This document shows positions 61,811-64,000 of a DNA stretch of 64,000 bases, in pieces; positions within the stretch are counted from its first letter, which is position 1, and every line of letters begins with the position of its first letter. The notes beneath the pieces were generated by a model, which was not told where the DNA came from, ran no database searches, and saw nothing but the letters and a program-made list of their open reading frames with translations. The stretch is from an uncultured archaeon. Lineage in GTDB: Archaea > Thermoproteota > Nitrososphaeria > Nitrososphaerales > Gagatemarchaeaceae. Made by a program: the position numbers and the translations under genes. The stretch lies in assembly GCA_963799775.1 (NCBI GenBank), contig CAWCYD010000003.1:1152001-1216000 (forward strand), in the 5' to 3' direction.

Positions 61811-61872
61811 TAACCTTTAGAGTGTCGGAACTTGTAGAAGGATGAGTTCATCGAAACCGTCCCTGTCTTGTA
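61811..61872. repeat. 62-bp dispersed repeat, copy A (promoter module)
   Basis: 46/62 identical without gaps to 62821-62882. Confidence 0.7.
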
Positions 61873-62069
61873 CATCGGGCCCCTCACGTGGCGAGAACCA
61901 CTACAAAAGCCGAGCCGTCAAAAAGTTAGGAAAAAAGAAGCGGAATGGTCAAGTCTGGAGTCAAGGATGAGCAATAAGCCCAAATTCCCCGATGAAGCTG
62001 AAGCAAGATGTGTTCGGTTGATGACTCGCGGTTCGTCCTACTTGTGAGGAATCGCACCAGTCAAAGGCT

Positions 62070-62579
62070 TCAAAGCTTGTCGATGATTGAGGATGGTACC
62101 GACCTCTTCTTGCCTATGACACGGACTATCTCGCTCCATATCACATCTTTTACGTCATCAATAGCTTTCACCGATTCGAGCAGTTCAAGCAGTTCTGAAT
62201 TATCTTTGATGACCACCTCTGCCCTCAAATCAATCGTGTGCTCTCCAATGGAGCTGCCGACATACACAACTTCGTCGCGGCGTAACAGTTCTTGTGCGAT
62301 TGCCTGGGTGGCCCCGCCTCCAGTATAGATCAGCAAATCTACGCGCCTAAACCCCAGGTTTGCCAGATTAAGGGAGTAGGCATGTTCCAGATAGGTCCGT
62401 TGAAGATATCTTCGCCTTCGCTGGATGGTGCTGCGAGGGATTCCAAGTTTTACTCCCAACGTGCGGGAGGAAACTTCGCCTTCAGGTCCCCGAGGATTGA
62501 GGAAAATCTTCAGAATCTTCTTATCAACCGAGGAGAACTTTGTACCTCGCACATGGCTCTTCCCTGCAGCGACAGCCAT
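62070..62579 (-). CDS. Lrp/AsnC-family regulator
   Basis: KLGIPRSTIQRRR HTH; SIGEHTIDLRAEV RAM-like domain. Confidence 0.85.
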   Translation of the reverse strand: MAVAAGKSHVRGTKFSSVDKKILKIFLNPRGPEGEVSSRTLGVKLGIPRSTIQRRRRYLQRTYLEHAYSLNLANLGFRRVDLLIYTGGGATQAIAQELLRRDEVVYVGSSIGEHTIDLRAEVVIKDNSELLELLESVKAIDDVKDVIWSEIVRVIGKKRSVPSSIIDKL

Positions 62580-62820
62580 TGATTGGATTAGTGGCGCCGA
62601 TATATATTAAGATTCATTGGAACGGTTCCGAAGTCTCATCGAGGCATGAGCCCGATTTTCACTCTTGCTCCCTTCGACTCAAAGGATTCCCATCGCCGTC
62701 TGACAATTCTTGATCGTTCGTCCACCAAGAAAGCCCTATCCCACCGGTATCATTGCCGCTTTCTCTTCAGAGCTGAGCGAGTTTCTGTTGGTATGTGGTT
62801 CTTCCTGCCAACAACTTCTA

Positions 62821-62882
62821 TAACCTGCGGAATGTCTGAAGCTGTAGAAGGATGAATACTTCCCGACCTGCCCTATCTTGTA
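62821..62882. repeat. 62-bp dispersed repeat, copy B
   Basis: 46/62 identical without gaps to 61811-61872. Confidence 0.7.
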
Positions 62883-62936
62883 GGACTTCGTTTTCGGAGC
62901 AAAGGTAGTCTACATCATATTGAATTTAGATCTTGC

Positions 62937-62969
62937 GCAATTTCTGCAACGAATCGTGTTTTCTTGCAA
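62937..62969 (-). promoter_or_regulatory. TTRCA-repeat operator array 4
   Basis: Minus strand ttgcaagaaa acacgattcg ttgcagaaat tgc. Confidence 0.5.
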
Positions 62970-63064
62970 TTGATTACTATAATGCAAGAGGATCGCCTTC
63001 AACGACCCCGAACTAGCATGACGTTAAGCAAATAAGTTGCGAATCCCAATAGCCTTACGCTAGG

Positions 63065-63583
63065 ATGAAGCCAAAGACGACCACGGCCTCGTTCAGATTG
63101 GACGAATCCTCGCTGGCCGCCATTCAAGAGGACGCAAGAAAGCAGAACGTGAGCGTTAACACCTTGCTGAATCAGCTTGTGCTGGCGTACGCCAAGTACG
63201 ATCGACCCATGAAGAGGTTTCATATGGTAAAGCTGCCGGCGTCGACCCTCAGGCACCTCCTTGAGGCGGCGACGAATGAGACGGTACACGCGGCCGGAAG
63301 CGCTTCGGGCAAGGACGTTCCGAAGACGTACATCAGGGCCAACTTGGGAGAGCTCACAGATGAGACCGCTCTAGATTATCTCAAGGTCACCGCCGACCAT
63401 ACGAACCTCTTCGAATATAGCGAGGTCGCACGAGACGGGAAGACTAGTATCACTCTCACGCATGATTTCGGTCCCAAGGGGAGCCTCTTCCTGCAGCGAT
63501 TCGTGCAGGCGATCTTCGAGCCGCTGAGAAGGACTCTAAAATTCGTTCCGGACGAGAACGCGGTCTCCTTCGAGCTCGAATGA
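63065..63583 (+). CDS. RHH (CopG-like) regulator with C-terminal V4R-like domain, copy 2
   Basis: MKPKTTTASFRLDE...NVSVNTLLNQL; HDFGPKGSLFL. Confidence 0.88.
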   Translation: MKPKTTTASFRLDESSLAAIQEDARKQNVSVNTLLNQLVLAYAKYDRPMKRFHMVKLPASTLRHLLEAATNETVHAAGSASGKDVPKTYIRANLGELTDETALDYLKVTADHTNLFEYSEVARDGKTSITLTHDFGPKGSLFLQRFVQAIFEPLRRTLKFVPDENAVSFELE

Positions 63584-63627
63584 AGAACGGCAGCCCCCCA
63601 CCGGCACTCTAGGTACTCCGCTCCACA

Positions 63628-63650
63628 TTGCAATCTGCTACAGAAAATAC
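63628..63650 (+). promoter_or_regulatory. TTRCA-repeat operator array 5
   Basis: ttgcaatctg ctacagaaaa tac upstream of HMA-like gene. Confidence 0.55.
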
Positions 63651-63701
63651 GTGCCCTTCAATAGACACCGCGCTCCGGTTATACCGAGTTCCGATCGCGA
63701 T

Positions 63702-63917
63702 ATGGCACAGGAAGCAACGGCAATCCTGAAGATTTATGGCCTGCACGAATCGGGCCGAGCCCAGCGACTAAGGCGCGCTGCTGGCACGCTCGACGGAGTC
63801 GGCCTGGTGCATATCAACTACATCCTCGACAGCTTGACCATAAAGTATGATGCTGAGAAACTCACCCTCGCACAAATCAGGACGACTCTAGACCCGCGCA
63901 AATCTGCCCCGGTCTAA
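63702..63917 (+). CDS. HMA-fold small protein lacking CxxC, copy 2
   Basis: LKIYGL....A..L......LDGV...INYILDSLTIKYD. Confidence 0.75.
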   Translation: MAQEATAILKIYGLHESGRAQRLRRAAGTLDGVGLVHINYILDSLTIKYDAEKLTLAQIRTTLDPRKSAPV

Positions 63918-63956
63918 CCTCAGTCCGCAGGGAGCGCGAACGTTGCTCCCCTGGAA

Positions 63957-63991
63957 TTACATTTCCTTGCAGAAAATACGTCCACTTAAAA
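63957..63991 (+). promoter_or_regulatory. TTRCA-repeat operator array 6 plus CTTAAAA box (gene lies beyond window)
   Basis: ttacatttcc ttgcagaaaa tac gtcca cttaaaa. Confidence 0.55.
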
Positions 63992-64000
63992 TCAGCACTT

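Overview
High-GC archaeal chromosome segment. Gene content and order point to Nitrososphaerota (Thaumarchaeota), most likely a non-ammonia-oxidising, high-GC lineage (inference). Bases 1-52,700 are mostly core genes: aCPSF1, two proteasome beta subunits, egsA, FKBP, nadM, rtcA, rpiA, zinc-ferredoxin, PAC2, rtcB-archease, lplA, ilvA, a LysW-dependent Lys/Arg supercluster with argGH and carAB, hisS, rfcS, GINS-MCM (with intein), Hel308, an SPFH operon and trxB. From about 52,700 to the end is a visibly more AT-rich accessory region. About 20 single-base frameshifts, mostly in homopolymers, look like unpolished long-read errors. One lesion is different: a 20-nt hairpin insertion with bulge-helix-bulge geometry in the conserved GE|FDYSG motif of carB, a candidate archaeal mRNA intron and the top finding. 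Other highlights: an unannotated C/D-box sRNA whose D' guide targets 23S G2251; a duplicated RHH regulator + cysteine-less HMA cassette with six helically phased TTRCA operator arrays; an archaeosortase with three PEF-type sorting-signal substrates; an ACT-domain candidate arginine regulator with a 17-bp operator; and repeated CTG/ACG start codons. All calls come from reading the sequence; no searches were run.
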